A DNA stretch of 64,000 nucleotides from Trichoplax adhaerens (taxonomy: Eukaryota; Animalia; Placozoa), in NCBI RefSeq assembly GCF_000150275.1, contig NW_002060949.1:5327006-5391005 (forward strand), written 5' to 3'. The stretch's first letter is position 1, and each line of letters starts with the position of its first letter. Under the pieces are notes generated by a model. It did not search any database. It was not told the origin of the DNA and saw nothing but the letters and a program-made list of their open reading frames with translations. Positions 61,629 to 64,000 of this stretch are shown piece after piece. The position numbers and the translations under genes are program-made.

Positions 61629-62552
61629 GAATTTCTATTAGGACTACAAATGTCAAGCGGAGAAGAGATTTTTCTCTGATCTCTATAAATGACGAATAAC
61701 CCAGCGTATATATTGAATAAAATATTCCATATTTTGCCTAAAAAATCTATAGTGAGATACTAACGTTGGCCTACTGTGTACTCAGTGTGCAGTACTGTGA
61801 AGTCACGGCAGTGTACGTCTATACTGCAATATAGTACGCGTCAAAATGGGATTCCTTCACAATTTCGATTAGGACTACAAATGCCAAGTGGAGAAGAGAT
61901 TTTCCTCTGACCTCTATACATTACGAATAACTACCTACATACTGAATAAAATATTCTATATTTTACCGTAAAAATCGACAGCGTTGGCCCATTGTAGACT
62001 TAGTGTGCAGTCACTGCAGAATACCACTATACTGTAATATACTGTAGTATGCGTCAAAATGGGATTCCTTCACAATTTCTATTAGGACTAGAAATGTCAA
62101 GAGGAGAAGAGATTTTCTTCTGATCTCTATACATTACGAATAACTTTACCTACATATTATAAATAAAATATTTCTATGTCAAAAATCTATAGTGAAATAT
62201 TTACGTTGGCCTATTATGGACTCAGTCTGCAGTCATTGCAGTGTATAATATAGTACGCGTCGAAATGTGATTTTTCACAATTTCTATTAGAACTAGAAAT
62301 ATCAAAGATCTTCCCTTAGTCTCTATAATTACGAATAGCCCTACATACATATTGAATAAAATATTCTATATTTTGTCTTAACCTATAGCGAAATACAAAC
62401 GTTGGCCCACTTGGACTCAGCGTGCAGTCATTGTAGTATACTGTACACTAGTATAATACTCTTATAGTACGCGTCAAAATGGGATTTCTTCACAATTTCT
62501 ATTAGGACTAGAAAAAGGCAAAGCAGAGAAGAGATTTCACCTAATCTCTATG
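61629..62552. repeat. Tandem repeat of about 205-230 bp, about 4.3 copies
   Basis: AATTTCTATTAGGACTA.AAATGTCAAG..GAGAAGAGATTTT near 61630, 61861, 62073, 62279 and 62493; units end TAGTACGCGTCAAAATGGGATTCCTTCAC. Confidence 0.94.
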
Positions 62553-63370
62553 TCTACTGTAGTATGAGCAAGCAGCAAAGAGCAGTATAGTGGTCATGAT
62601 ACAATATGGAAAGACTCTAGTACAGTATAGAAAGCTTTTAGACTTGACTACTATGTGATACTAGCTAGAATAATATTTAGAGCTAGTTTAATTAAAGAAT
62701 CGACTAATTTAGATCAGATAGTGCGTACTGATAGTGAGTAAAACACAAATAAATATTTCAATTAATTAATAACAATAATCAGAAATCTTATTCGCACGCC
62801 ATAGTGTGCGAATTCAGCAAGTAGTATAATAAAATGAGTAATATAGATAGTAGTAACATCTTAAGGGTAGAATACTATAAACTGATGATAAGGGTATCTA
62901 GTTCTAAAAAACTGATAGATGAGTCGTACATGCAAATCGACCCCAAATTAAAAAATTGCATTCATCACTCTCGATATAGAATTGCAAGTATATTTCTATT
63001 TTATTCCATTTTAAGTTCCATTGGACTATTATAAAGTGATACGAAGTTGCTTAATAAATTCAATTCAATTAATCCCTTCACAAATTTTTGTTTTTCCCAA
63101 ACAGGAATCGTGTTCTCAAGAATGGATCATTTACGTGAAATCCATTGCTAATAAGATCTACGTACATTAGCGAATCCAACAAAGACAGTCTTCATTTACA
63201 TTATACCAGCACATACAGCTAATTAAGGATAAAACTGCAATCATCGTAGAAATCGTCGAATATCTTATTACAGTAGGAAAGATCATGAATCAGCTTAATC
63301 AATCAGAATAGAATTATCGTACGAGAAATATAAATGATCCATTCAAACTGCTAAATTGACCCAGGAGTAT

Positions 63371-64000
63371 CTAGTAATAGCTATCGTTTAAATTAGATTG
63401 CGATTTATTATAGAGGGGCGTATGACATAACGGGCAATTTTGTAAGCGAATAATTTCCTGCTCAAAAGCCTTATGCTTACAAACGTTACACATCCAGAAA
63501 TGATAACTCATTACTGGCCGACCTGTGACAATGCAAATTGGAAAATTGTTCTCACAGTTCGGACAAACTGGTAAGTAATCTGGGATAAGAGTCTCGCAAT
63601 GGGAACATTCCGCCTTATTATTTCGGATATCTTTGGGTGGATGCCTGAAATAAGCAATTACAATCGGCGGATGAATATAAATTAGATCTTCGTAGAAATA
63701 CTAACTTAGAGTACTTAATCTACGATATACAAGGGAGTAACGCAAGGGATAACCATTCTAGTCTTGACTAACCTGCTAAAGATATCTAATGCAAGATCTT
63801 CATAACTCTGCCTCTGACTATCAGTAAAACTTTCCATACTCTCTAACTTTATAAAGGCCTATAATAAAATCAATGCAATCGTTATAGTATTTCTTTCTGA
63901 TCATGGAACATAATGTATCAATTAATTACATTTTACTATAATGCTCGTGTAATAATGCTGTAGCAAACCTTGGATGCTATTCCGTAGCATTTATTAGAAA
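63371..64000 (-). CDS. WDR35: WD repeat-containing protein 35 (IFT121), last three exons; not in the ORF track
   Basis: Exons 63969-64000 (SNKCYGIASK), 63773-63858 (AFIKLESMESFTDSQRQSYEDLALDIFSR), 63371-63644 (HPPKD...CSHC...CPNC...PICIVTGRPVMSYHFWMCNVCKH...CPLCHTPL...*), matching the IFT121 C-terminus. Confidence 0.92.

Overview
AT-rich, intron-dense eukaryotic (early-branching metazoan) DNA. The short GT-AG introns, compact spacing and gene set suggest a placozoan such as Trichoplax; this is an inference, not shown by the sequence. Spliced genes in order: 3' part of LRRC9 (+), UBR5 HECT E3 ligase (-), three tandem divergent Rab32/38-family GTPase copies (+; two intact, one pseudogene), prolyl oligopeptidase PREP (-), a canonical Rab32/38 (-), copper chaperone CCS (+), FAM8A1-like RDD protein (-) and the 3' end of WDR35/IFT121 (-, absent from the ORF track). 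The most notable items are (1) a four-gene Rab32/38 birth-and-death cluster whose intact duplicates have rewritten P-loop and switch II sequences but keep the GTPase core and a CC prenylation tail, and (2) an intronic box C/D guide RNA in LRRC9 that resembles SNORD8/9 (mgU6-53) and predicts 2'-O-methylation of U6 A53. Several tandem arrays, a dispersed repeat family, hairpins and TACAG/CTGTA-rich divergent promoters are also present. Exon boundaries were read by eye.
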